DNA of 59,534 nucleotides, counting the filler, from Basidiobolus ranarum (taxonomy: Eukaryota): the NCBI GenBank assembly GCA_040143965.1. It is 9 parts of 9 records of this genome, joined end to end, with 100 filler letters (N's around TTAATTAATTAA, not from the genome) between each part and the next. Parts side by side here need not be neighbours in the genome. Positions count along the whole stretch, not along the records: positions 1 to 6,548 come from JASJQH010001298.1; positions 6,649 to 13,194 come from JASJQH010001299.1; 7 more parts are not named here. The stretch is one strand, 5' to 3'. The notes under the pieces are model-generated. The model ran no database searches, had not been told where the DNA came from, and was given only the letters and a program-made list of their open reading frames with translations. Of this stretch, positions 1 to 11,650 are shown one piece after another (the stretch's first letter is position 1; each line of letters begins with the position of its first letter). The translations under genes and the position numbers were made by a program.

Positions 1-449
1 CAAATTGCCGACCGCTTTCGCATACTTTTCATCATCATCTTCTCACTAATGCCCGAGCCCTCTTTCATCAAGTGACACCTCATCTTGTCGGTAAAGTCGG
101 TAATGGCCTTGTTCGCTGCATAAGTACCAAGGATCTTTAGAAGTGCCACAAAGATCGGATACATATTGGTCATCTTTTTACCCAAAGGGCCGTCATCAAA
201 TTGATCATCAAACATGAACAGCCATGTGTAGAGCTTGGTGACCCAAAATACGAATTTGAAGGGAGTACGTGGGTGGATACGACAAGGTAACCGTCCAAGT
301 TTGGACCTGTTGACTCTCTCCAAAGCGGATCTACTCTGAATCAGGTTAAACTCTAAGAGCCAGTCATTGGTAGCATCTTCGACTTTCCCGAACTTCTCAT
401 GAATCATCGAGGGGAATGCGCACTCGAAATCTTGAATGTTGATTATCAT
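1..449 (-). CDS. Class I microbial/bacterial-type terpene synthase, 5' part (runs off the window start; absent from the ORF track)
   Basis: Manual translation from ATG 449: MIINIQDFECAFPSMIHEKFGKVEDATNDWLLEFNLI...KLYTWLFMFDDQFDDGPLGK... The WLFxFDDxxD Mg-binding motif (DDQFDD) is at 192-209. The frame is open and intronless to base 1. Confidence 0.88.
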   Translation of the reverse strand, partial: MIINIQDFECAFPSMIHEKFGKVEDATNDWLLEFNLIQSRSALERVNRSKLGRLPCRIHPRTPFKFVFWVTKLYTWLFMFDDQFDDGPLGKKMTNMYPIFVALLKILGTYAANKAITDFTDKMRCHLMKEGSGISEKMMMKSMRKRSAI

Positions 450-543
450 GTTGAATAAATAGAAAGTACACAAAGGTGTTTCCAGCTACAAATGAATGAA
501 GATTGATAAACTTGATGTTGTGTAAGACAGTCAGATTTCACCG

Positions 544-552
544 TTTTATATA
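544..552 (-). promoter_or_regulatory. Candidate TATA box of the terpene synthase
   Basis: TATATAAAA on the minus strand about 95 bp upstream of ATG 449. Confidence 0.4.
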
Positions 553-1905
553 TGAGTTCATGCTTTAAGGGGATCATCAGGTGGATGTGGGTTGCTTGTA
601 AAATGAGTGAAAGACGTAAATGAGCCTTAGGATACGGGATACATTTGTGAATGGCCGTTCATCACTAGCTTGAAGTATGTAAAGGGGGAAGAGAGCGTCT
701 TCATCGCGACTTTTAATCTATACTTTAAAGTAAAAAATTCGCTACTTGTGCATATTCCCATTGATTTTGGAAATAATTGGGGTTCACATAGCAATGATTC
801 TTTCAAAAACTCGAGAATACACTAGACAGATAGTCAAGCAGGGAGGGATGCAGCTGACAAAGATCGTTACTTGTTTCTCTTATCTAGATTGATTTCGCCA
901 ACCTGTCCAACGCCTCTGTCACTTTAGGTAAAAAATTTTAGAATAGAAAGCGGATACGGATACGTTTTCTCCGCTAAGGAGTCATGCAGAGTTAACGAGA
1001 TGAGGTGCTCCCTCTTTACTTTAAGTGTCAAAACTAAAAGTATATTACTGTGCTTCACCGCACATACATCTCTACTAATGGAAATGATTACCAATTTGAC
1101 CATTTCTCAAAATAGTAATATATCAGAGTTGAAACAATCTAGGGAAGCATCATGTGAATCAGTGCATCAGATGCTATCTAATTCCACCTACCAATTACTA
1201 AATTTAGAAGAAGCTTGTACAAGTGGTCAACAAACAAGTTGGATCGTAATCACTAGCTGCTTTGGTTTTAATGAACTTCCACTGGTGTATGGCCAAGATG
1301 GACTTCTTAAATACCCTGCGGATGTAGTTGTCCCGGATTACAACTTCTTCCTACAGCCTTCTTTCGAGTGACTGTTAGTCGAGAATGTACGTCTTTGATT
1401 TACATGTCTGCCCTCTAAGATTGGTTACTCTGTACATTGTATCCTTTATGCACGATTCTGTTGTTTGTAGCAAGTGTGCACTCACGACCTCTTCAGAAAT
1501 CGCCAGGAGAGCTGCTCAGACATCAAGAATACCAAAGGCTATTTGTTCAGGACAAAAGGAGCCATGTAGGTAGTGATAACAAAGAGCAAGCAGCATCGGT
1601 CACAGAAAAAGATAGGTATTCCGTTTTTTTATTTAAAATATATCAAGAACTGCTCTTGCAGCTCTGTGTTCTTTTGACATTGATGGCATTGAAAATCGGT
1701 GATTTACGGGGATTGTGGATTAGTTATTTTATACTTGCATGAAACTATAATGCCATATCAAGTCTATTCAATTTACTTTGGAATTTCTAACAATAGTGAA
1801 GAAAGGAGTTCTAATAATTTGTACAAGCTTTTCTATGAGACATGCTACTTCGTGAAATAATAGATAAAGGGCTAGATATGTCAATGAGGGAGTATGCATG
1901 CATAG

Positions 1906-4454
1906 TTAGGTCTGGCTCATGAATTGGTTGATATAGGAACTCCATTCTTCGAAATTAAAGTCCATTTGAAGTGGATTTAATGTTGGGGCGTTGCTTATGT
2001 TTTGCTCGAATTGCTCTACACATGGGTCAAAAGTATTTGAGGCTTCAACCTGCGTAGGAGAAACTTCATCGTCTGGAAACAACGGAATCTCAGAGTTGGG
2101 AAATAGGCTAGCGGTTTGAGGCATGCTTCTTTGAGGGTCGATAGGGAAGACCGGGTTTGAGTAGATGAGATTCGGATTATTTCCTAACTTCGTGTTCGTT
2201 AAGGAAGGCGATTGGTACAATGTAGGAACAAAATTCTCTTGCCCACCAAGTTTGGAATATGCTGGTTGTTCGAATTCTCTTACTGGTGGCTGCGATAGCG
2301 GTGATTCGTATGACATGTATGAGCATGGTGAATTCACAGATCTCATTGACGCTATTTCCTGTGACCGCACGTTGTTCACCCGAGAGGCAGTAATGAACTC
2401 AGATGGTGATGGTGTAGGAGACAATGCAGCATTTGGAGAAAGTACTGATGACAGTGACGGAGAGGGCGAATTTGAAGGATTGTTATTGAATAGAACCCTA
2501 TCGGCAATTTCTTCTGGAATGATAATTAACGACTCTGAATCGTGCCGTTGTATATGTCGACTGAGTGAGTTGGAAGTAAACGAGATATTTGGAGAATTGT
2601 ATAGCTCGGGTAACGATGGGGAATCCTCCAAATTGATGTTTTTGTAGGATTTGATAAGGTCATCAAGTAAAGCTAAGCAACGTTTGGCATCCAAATAGTT
2701 TTTGCTAGAGTGTTGCAAGCACTCATATCCTGCTTTCAAATTTGCTTTGGAAATTCGTGCCAATTCTGGATCGTCTGATACGCTATTGATCAAATGCACA
2801 CTACACGCAGTAAAGATTGGCCCGGTTTGCATTTGAATGGAATACTGGCGGTTTTGTACGTAGTAGTAAGCACTGTAGATTATCGCACTAGCCGCTTTAG
2901 CACATATTAGCTGAGAAGGATGTGTTACCGAAGCTTTACGACCAGTTTTGGGTATAAAAGGGCGATTCAAAATAATCAAAGTGTAACAATGCAAAAAGCA
3001 GAGAGTTACAGAGTAACAATCATTTTGTTGACTATTGAAATCATACTTGAACTCACTGGGTAATGTAGCTTCCCATTGGTTCAGAGCCTTGTTCAATTCT
3101 CGTAAGCTATTCTTGGTCTTACCCTGCGATGTGTTTTCTGCAGTGTATATTTCTCGTAGTATTCGTCCCATAATATGAGATAAACGAATGCTTAAAATAT
3201 AACATTTAACAGATCGTTGAGTATAACCAAATTCTTTGATATCCATCGACGTTTCTTTTGCCAGATTTTCTGGAAGTAGTGGAAGTGATGTATTGCAATC
3301 AGACTCTTGGATCGCCAGTGGTCTACCTAGAAATGAGCTAAGTCCTCTGTCGAGAAGCATACAATTCCACCAAAGAAATTTTCTTTTTTCGCGCTCAAGG
3401 GGGTCCAGCTTTTGAGAATTCAAGGTTCGATGGAGTCCAAGCTCTTGTGCAAGTCGTATCGCCATTCCTAGATACATCCACCCATTCTGGGGATGCAGAC
3501 TTAGTAGAATCAATGCTTGAACAAGCCCGATTGATGGAACAGAGATAAGCCTGTCCAGTAAATTTTTGGCCCTGGCTTGGAATACTCGCGACGCAAAGAA
3601 TGCCTCCTCAGGACTAGGGAATAAGGCTCCACTGGGGCTATGGAATGCAGCTATCGTGAGAATGCAGTTATACAAAAGTTCTGACAAATCATCTGAAACG
3701 ATGAGACTTTTGTCGAGGCGACCTAGGGGGAAAATAGGAAAGCCACAGTTGATGTATTCGAAAAAGTAGTTTAGCAGTGCTTCACGAAGTTCTAATGGTG
3801 GGAACCCGGGACCAAGTGAGAGTGGGTTTTGTCGGAAGAGAGGCTCTTCACTGATCAATTTAAGAACATTTTGCAGTCGCCCCTGTTTGTAAAAAGATCC
3901 GCCATCAAGTAGATAAAACCCGGAGCTGCTTCCAACATATGAAAAGTATTTTGGATCTTCAAGGGCAAGTTTACCGAAATCATCTTCCACTGAATCGTCA
4001 CTCTTCTGTGGAATGAATAAAATAAATGTATGGCATGTGTAAGTACTAGTGCAAACAATTTACAAGTAACCAATAAATGGGCTTTTATAAATACCTCATT
4101 ACTATCATCAGCTAACGATTGTTCTATTGAATGAAATTCGTCAACAACATCTGAGGGTAAAGTGGTATTTCGTTTGGCAAGGTTAGAGAGCACTGACTCC
4201 AAGCGTTCTAAACGATCTTCCAATGCTTTTGGGTAACTTGGCTGTGGGCCCCTTTTTTTCTGCTTCTCAAGGTATGTACACTCATATCCATATGAAACAC
4301 AATTTGAACAAGCAGGCTTTTCGTTGTCACATTTTACTTTCTTTTTACGACAAGCATCACAAGCACGTGAAGCTCTTGGCTTTTTAGTTAAGGCCTCTAT
4401 AGAGTTTGTACCGGTACCATTGCTTTCTTGATGGTCATCAGCAAACGAGGACAT
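1906..4454 (-). CDS. Zn(II)2Cys6 fungal transcription factor with Fungal_trans middle-homology domain (2 exons, about 819 aa)
   Basis: RACDACRKKKVKCD...CSNC...CTY binuclear cluster in exon 1 (4454-4095). A GT..AG intron at 4094-4006 joins in frame to exon 2 containing GMAIRLAQELGLHR...LDRGLSSFLGRP. Confidence 0.95.
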
Positions 4455-5466
4455 AATAGAAAATTTGACGGGGATATAAGAACAATGCTTCAGTCAGTGG
4501 ACATAAATGAGTCAAAGCGATAGTAAACAAATTTTATCCCTAGTTAAGCAATATCCTCTTTATAATAATCAAAATATCAAATTCCTTCGAACCCTAACCC
4601 TAAGCATATTAGCCACCAAATAATCTTATCAATCCTGAAGAGGGTGACTCATTCCGGATATTCGCCCAAAAAACGGGCATATAGTAATTCTATCCGGCCG
4701 CAGCAAATGTCAGATTAAGTCGGTGTTACATTTTCCAACACCACGATGTTTGTGTGAAATATATGAAAATCTTGCCATTTTTCCGGAGACGAGGAGGCTA
4801 GAGAGAAATAGGAATAGATAGTCCGCAGCAAGAATAGTATCCTCCAAACCTTTGATGATTCCGTAGGTAAGTAGGTTTGACACTAATCCTATGATTTGCA
4901 AGGATCTAGTGGCAGAGTAGCATGTTTCGGAGAATCTCAGAGGGAATGGATCAGCAGATGAGTATTATGAACTATCCTACCTGCTTAGAGAACACTAGCA
5001 AAGTGGATTTGACTCTTAGATTTAGGAATTCATCAAGCATGTTGATGAGATCGATGGAAATTGACTTGGAGGTTGCCAAGTGGTGATTAAGGAAATCACA
5101 CTGTCACCCAATGAAAAGTGAATGATAAATGCGGATCTCATCTTTATATGCAGTAATTTATTGCCCAAGCGACAACATATTCATTTGAAGTCTTGAGAGC
5201 GCATTAATATAGGAAGACATCGCCAGGCCTTATGGCGACTGCGGTTGTAATGGAGGGGAGGGAACAAGAATTAAAAGACTATGAAACACTACTAAGGGCC
5301 TAGGTGGTTGTAATTAGAAAAATATACTGGTATTGTCAATGTTGAACAGTTTGAAGGATATGGCTTGAAGCCATATCGCCAGGCCATACATAATGATGAT
5401 CGGCTACTCTTCCCTAATACACCAGATTGTTAGTATCGCCTCAATCAGACATGTATATAAAAAACC

Positions 5467-6548
5467 CTACTTTTCATCTTCCGAGTCACTCCGTACGTCT
5501 TCGGCATTGTTCCCACTTAAGACTTTGACAACAATTCGAAGAATGGATCTAAGCCAAAGTAGTACTAGAACTTGCAAAGCAGCAAACAAACTCAAAAAAA
5601 ACACTTGAGCTGTTCTGTTGAAATAGTGCCCTTTATCAGGATTCCAATCGATAACGTTGTAAACATCAGGATCTGCCCAAATGCTGTAGACAATATGGGC
5701 GTAGATGAAATGCCGAGCGAATATCCAACTTGCGACGAAGATTCCAAAAGTGATATTGCAGATGGTCCCGAAGCCACTATAACGTTGAACTTTGGCAAAC
5801 TAAAACAAGTCTTAGTGAATACTCAAAAGGTAAGCATAAAGCTATTCTTACCGAGAGCCATATGTCAGAGAAATCCATCATACACAATACAGCGTTACCA
5901 ATTCTAGTGAAGTTAGTAAAGTAGGAGCTTAGCAGAAGAGAGCAAGTGATAAAATGATGGATTCCCATTATGACTTGATCTTTGCGAGGTTTTTCGACAC
6001 CCAAGTCAAAGAACTGTTGAATCCAGTAACCAGTGGTGGCCAAGTAATACCATTTCGTCAAGTAAGAGGTGTTCACATGTGGGTAATCAATCCAGAAATG
6101 ACTGGCATCAAACCAGTAAGGAGAATGGTACATTATATACTGAAAGCCAAAGCATCAGAAAGGTCCAATAAAAATCATTAATAATAAGCATACCATGCCC
6201 AAGGTCCAGGATATTGAAAAGTAGACAAATTGCCAAGCCTGTTCCAGAAATCTGGTGCGTTTCGAGGCACTTCTAATCTTCAAGATTCTCGTGAGCGGTA
6301 AAAAAATATATTGCATGACAGCCGCTCTCAGGAAAGTGAAGAGAATAACCCAGAAAGCGATGATATACACATCATCCCACCCCTTTCCATAGGAACTTTC
6401 ACCGGGATTACGGTATTGTAAGCGTAGGAATTTCTCTGCAAGAGGGAGCTGAAACAGGTCACCCAGTATAATACCAGTCAACACCGTTAAAGGTAACTCT
6501 AAGAGTTCAATGAGCACACACTTACAGAACAGAGGATCTGACACTTCT
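5467..6548 (-). CDS. LAG1: Ceramide synthase (sphingoid base N-acyltransferase, TLC domain), multi-exon, 5' end cut by gap
   Basis: Lag1 motif RKDQVIMGIHHFITCSLLLSSYFTNFTRIGNAVLCMMDFSD; YGKGWDD; RFLEQAW; C-terminal AEDVRSDSEDEK* with TAG at 5469-5467; introns at about 6193-6140 and 5851-5800. Confidence 0.92.
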
Positions 6549-6648
6549 NNNNNNNNNNNNNNNNNNNNNNNNNNNNNNNNNNNNNNNNNNNNTTAATTAA
6601 TTAANNNNNNNNNNNNNNNNNNNNNNNNNNNNNNNNNNNNNNNNNNNN
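6549..6648. other. Artificial contig linker (N44-TTAATTAATTAA-N44)
   Basis: Six-frame stop spacer flanked by Ns. Confidence 0.99.
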
Positions 6649-6650
6649 TC

Positions 6651-6782
6651 CCAAGACATATATTAGTTAGATCTGCTCTGCTTATATATCCTGCTTAAAC
6701 AGTTCTAAGATTCTGCACTTAACTGTTTCTTTGGTTCAGTAAAGTTCAAGACTTTTTATTCACTTTTCTCTTGAGCACAACA
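6651..6782 (+). repeat. Dispersed repeat fragment (family D, possibly an LTR 3' end)
   Basis: Similar to the reverse complement of 40260-40392 (shared ctgtttctttggttcagtaa, ttctaag, ctctgct); ends ...CAACA. Confidence 0.6.
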
Positions 6783-6835
6783 GTAACTCTTTGAGTTAAA
6801 TAACAGAATGGTAAAGTTTGTGATAAAGTAAAACA

Positions 6836-7139
6836 TGTTCAGCAATGCCTAAGCATTTATTTAGTTATATATAGCTTTGAATTTAGTTTTCCTATATTTG
6901 ACCAAGACATCACTTACTGTTCTCAAAAGGGATATACTCAGAAGTTCTCAGATATACAGATTTTCAAACTTGTGCTAGAAGCCCCAAACTCTGCAAACAT
7001 GATTCTGGGACCTTCCTTAACATAATCTACACGCTTGTTTGCTTATATCTTAACAAGAGTATAAACGTCAACTTTCTACTCAATAGATCAGTAAATAAAA
7101 GCCACCAAATTCTTCTAGGTTTCCAAACCACTTCCAACA
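6836..7139 (+). mobile_element. Diverged copia LTR (family A)
   Basis: Reverse-complement match to the LTRs at 39932-40259 and 49854-50182 (gaagttctcagatata, ttttcaaacttgtgctagaagccccaaact, ccaaaccacttccaaca). Confidence 0.8.
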
Positions 7140-7660
7140 AGCTCCCAAAATACTTTGACAAACTCTAGCTGCATGTCAATGAGAGAAATATTCCATTTAA
7201 AATGGCGATCATCACCCTAAGTCATACTTGAAATATCAAAGTCATCCAAATTAACCCGAAAATAGCACAATTCTTTTGCTCAACAGGAACTTTGTTGAGA
7301 TAAGCATAAGTATTTGCAATTTAATGGCCTTCGTCATAAGCCTGCTTAAGCTCAAGTGACTGTGATAGAATTCAGTTAGAAAAACTTCATTGTATTCAGA
7401 TGCGTATCAATTACTGAAATCTAAATTCGAACTGTGCACATACTTCTGTCGTATATTGCTTAACCCGAGCTCATTTTTCGACACGTTGCTAAAGAAATTG
7501 GGCTGTCATATCTAAATTTAGCATGTAACGATCAGAAATCCATGTTTATTCAAAGTAATAAAAATTCCATAGAAATCAATATATTTAATTGGAGCTCATC
7601 CTAACTAAACGAACCGAGTATAACCACTAGTCCAGCTGGGATGCAAAATCCATCAGCTAC

Positions 7661-8473
7661 TTAGGCCCAAGAGCAAATGATATCTCCACTATTTGCTTGG
7701 CAGACAGTACCTTTGGCACACACTTGCTGGACAGTTCTTCCATGGGAACAAGTCTCGAACACTCCGGTGTTCCCAGGACTGACGCACCTTCTATCAAAGT
7801 CGCATCCAGGGTTTAACTCGGTTGGAGTTTTGTCATTCTTATCAACAACTTCGGAATTTGAACCGGTGTTGGTATTGGCTTCACCCTTATTACTCTCAGC
7901 AGTATTTTGATCCTTTGGGGATTCAGTATCAGCACTTTGGTTTCCAGATTGTTCGTTGTTGTTGGAATTACTCTCATCATTCGATTCGGAGTCATTTTTT
8001 TCGGTCTCCGGGATAACGGTGTCTTGATTTGGTGTTTCTGAGCCACCATCGCAGGACACGTAGTTCCATGTTACTGTGACGCGACCTTGGACTTGATCTG
8101 CAATCCTATCAAAAGCGGCGGGACTTAGGTCAAGGTCACCGTGCTTGCATGATGGGCATTTATCAACAATTTTTACCTTCACGCTGCCTCTAGGGCCTTG
8201 AACCAAGGCGCAACTAGAGCAAGCCGGGCTGTTCATTGGCCTAGGATAAAGACCGAATTGTGGAGCATTCAACGCTGCGATCAACTCGGTAGGACCAGAG
8301 ACCACTTCACAAGCACCTAAACCAGGATCATAGTAGGTAGCATCACCAGAAAACAAACCGCGTTTGGTCAAACGAATACCAGATTCATTTTGAACGGGAG
8401 CGGCCGATACTTGGGAGGCCGAAAGAATAGCCACCAAAATGGACACTGTGTTGAACAATTTGAAGCCTGCCAT
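7661..8473 (-). CDS. Secreted expansin-like/loosenin (RlpA-like DPBB) protein with acidic linker and C-terminal Cys-rich CBM19-like module
   Basis: Signal peptide and KR site; GDATYYDPGLGAC...ALN...VKIVDKCPSC...DLDLSPAAF DPBB motifs; C-terminal CVSPG...FETCSHG...QVCAKGTVCQ. Confidence 0.88.
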   Translation of the reverse strand: MAGFKLFNTVSILVAILSASQVSAAPVQNESGIRLTKRGLFSGDATYYDPGLGACEVVSGPTELIAALNAPQFGLYPRPMNSPACSSCALVQGPRGSVKVKIVDKCPSCKHGDLDLSPAAFDRIADQVQGRVTVTWNYVSCDGGSETPNQDTVIPETEKNDSESNDESNSNNNEQSGNQSADTESPKDQNTAESNKGEANTNTGSNSEVVDKNDKTPTELNPGCDFDRRCVSPGNTGVFETCSHGRTVQQVCAKGTVCQANSGDIICSWA

Positions 8474-11400
8474 GTTAATAAAAGAAATTCAATAGTCCTG
8501 TTGTCAAAACTAGGAGATAAATTATGATGTTGCCATGGTATGGCATCTCCTCTTTATACGTGAATCTTTCGGTGGATATTTGATACTTTCTTTCCACTCT
8601 TAGTGGCTTGAGATTGGAGTACCCGATCTTCTTTTTGCCATTCATGATTATAGAACTGAGAATATATTGAATTTTCACCCTTCAAAGCACCTCCACCTAA
8701 ATTGTATTAATTCATTAGCAATACGCTTAGCTAGTATTATGGTACTGGAACCATACTACTTCTTTTACATGCAACCCTAACCCATCACTGATCTCATTTG
8801 AAAGAAAGATAAGATAACCGTGTCTAAAGAGCTAACTTTGGATATGGCGCAAAGAGATAAGCGTCGTATATCAATACTTTCCCCTCCCTCCATTAAAGTA
8901 AGCAGAATGCAGGTTTACCAGAATCCTATTTTCACCCATTTTCATAGACCGCACAGCATTGAGATTTAACTGACCGAAATCAGAATCGATGGTACTAGAA
9001 TAAATGAAGCAAAAAGGAAACGATGATACTCTAGATGGAAAGTAGTCAAAGAATGCTCTTTGTTTGTTCCGTAGCGAATCAATTCCCCTTCAAATCGATC
9101 CACGAAAAGGTCACGGAATTTCCTCAAGATTCCAGTTCAAATGATTACGAAATAATTGAATGGAAACTCATTTGTACATATGGAAAAAGATTAAAAAATT
9201 GCATACCAAATATGCATAATCTCATAGAGCAGAATCTCCGATCATTCCAGAATGATTGCTCATCTTAAGATGGCAACTTGATGGTTAATAACGGTCATCA
9301 CAGCGTGGTTTGGGTGGCGCCATTAGGTTCAATGAACGAAACGGTCCATGTGGGTCACACATGTGCATCTGGCCTCTCTAGGTATTAAGGCGAAATGAGG
9401 AGGGGGCAAATTGTTGAAAACATGTCGAGATAACCACTGAACAAAATGAGTATCTATCGATTTCATCGTGTGGAGGTCCATAATAGCCAAAATAAAGTAG
9501 CAGTAAAAGCTCGGACAAACAGATGTGTTCACTAAGCAGGGGGTTAGTTTGGGACTAGACTGCTTATTTTGAAGAAAACATACTTCGAAAACTCATCTTG
9601 GTTATGTCGTCCAAAGATGAGTCGTTCATCAGCTTGATACTACGTATGTGAACTCAAGTGGTTTTTGAATTGCACCAATGTGATGGCCATGATGATGATA
9701 AACTATTTTAGTGTATTTTCTATCGAGAGGGGCTGAAGAGACGGGTGGTTATATCGACTCAGTTTTTGTCAGAGTTGGCTCGAGTTGACATTCCCCAACT
9801 GGGATCAATTAATACAGGGAAGTGGCTCAATTGGTTTGGTATCATTAATGCTTCTGCTGCTGATATCCAATGAAAGGTGAAGGCAACAGCACCATCCTGC
9901 CAATTATGATCCAGTCTAATATATTAACCTAGGTCTAATTCTTCCTTAACCACTGGAATCTGGGTGAACTTGTATATTTATGATGACTGTACTCTAGACT
10001 TCTAGTTTATAATATTTTTGTATGCACGAGTGTCAAGTGCATCAATTCTGGAGTATTTCTACGCTTTGAATTGGTGAATAAAGTGTTTGAGTTCTTGCAT
10101 GTACCTTGTTCTCCTTGATTTCTAATCGCTTCAATCTTGGTATGTCACTCATATTTCCCGGAGATAGACCGCCCGAGATTATTTAGAACTACAAGCTTTA
10201 TTTCCAAACTCTTTTCCATTTGTTATAAGGAATGCGCATGTATATTCCTTTACTTTATCTTCATCGTCGAAAGATCTACCCTCTGCTCCTATTTCTTACC
10301 TCCTGGTTATACAAACTTAATCATTATGGTCATTTCTCGTAATTCTGGGCCCCATTAGCCAATGGAAGAAAACAAAAGGAATAGAGCAATCAATATCAAA
10401 AACAGTACTTATTTCCGTTGCTAAATAAGGTAACTAATATATACCTAAAAGTGAAAGAAATAGAGCACTCCACAGCTTTTCCGTAGGTTGAAATCTCCTC
10501 ACCAGAGATCAAGTAAATTCAATAATGCGGCCAGTATCATATATTAAATTTTATTCAAGTATCTCTAACTATTCTTTATAAACCTTGATTAAAGTAACTT
10601 GTTAAACAAAGGTAAAGTTGTACTAGAGGCATTTGGAACCTAGAAGAGTAGCTTGGTTTCAATTCTTACCAGAAGAAATACGAAGAAACTAAATCTTGAT
10701 TGGTAAATGCTTCAAGTTAAACTAATGAATTGACTAACAAGAACGAACTTCAACTACACTATTCATGTCCCAATATACTCTTAAGAGTATAGCAAAGCGC
10801 ATCTTTTAATTAACAGAAATTGGGAGACTATAGAGCAACATGGCAGTTCCTGTAGGTGATGATTAGGCCTCGAAAAGTCTTACTCGTTGTCGCATAGGTG
10901 AGTAGGTTAAAATAACTGTAAACCATAAAGTAAGCCTATATACAAATTGTTTTGTTCCATGGTACATTTACCATAAGATGCATCATATTAGCCATGGCCG
11001 CTTTACTAGCATGATGTATATGTGTAAGTGTATAGATTAGAATTCTCAAGTATATATAAACAAGAATGTGGAAATCAGCCGATCGGCTATCTTATCTGTA
11101 TGGTATTCAATTTGCCTCGACTAGAAATCATTACCGAAGAATTGGGTACTAGAAGCGTCGCAATACTAGGACACTTCCTCTAGTTAAATTACATTCGCAA
11201 ACTAGCCTCCAAGCAGCAATCAAAATACTGCATCAGTTTCATACACCTTCTTGATAGGACTGCAATACCCGTCAAATACATTACAACAGGAGAAAATTCA
11301 CTTGAGTCCATCATCGCCCCAAACGTGCACACTGATAGAGATTTTATTGAGAGTTGATAAACTTCTACATATATGAATCAAACTTGGAAGACTGCTATAG

Positions 11401-11650
11401 TGACATACTAAGGCCTATCAAATGAACATCATTCTCTGATCACTCGCTACCAGCATTGTGTTAACAAGATCAATAAAGCTGTTTAGTATACATAAAATTC
11501 ACAGTTTAGTAAATACAATACTTGCTCATATATATGTAATAAAGGTAGCTATCTTCTATCAGTTTTTCATCAAAATTTGGAATTATTTTCACTGGAATTT
11601 TGGTAATAAAAGCGACCTCTGAAGCGTAATATTCATCCAACAATCTAAAT

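Noticed and set aside
1000-1742. Short plus-strand ORFs between the terpene synthase and the TF
   Set aside because: No recognisable motif or consistent splice model; could be a decayed gene but cannot be supported.
5357-5377. Perfect 10-bp-arm palindrome GATATGGCTT-G-AAGCCATATC downstream of LAG1
   Set aside because: A single short hairpin with no TSD or second copy; no function can be supported.
6593-6604. TTAATTAATTAA palindrome recurring every 6.6 kb as a biological periodic element
   Set aside because: Always embedded in N runs; it is a standard six-frame-stop assembly linker.
1-8473. Terpene synthase, TF, LAG1 and expansin as one biosynthetic gene cluster
   Set aside because: The expansin is on a different contig, LAG1 is housekeeping, and no tailoring enzymes are visible.
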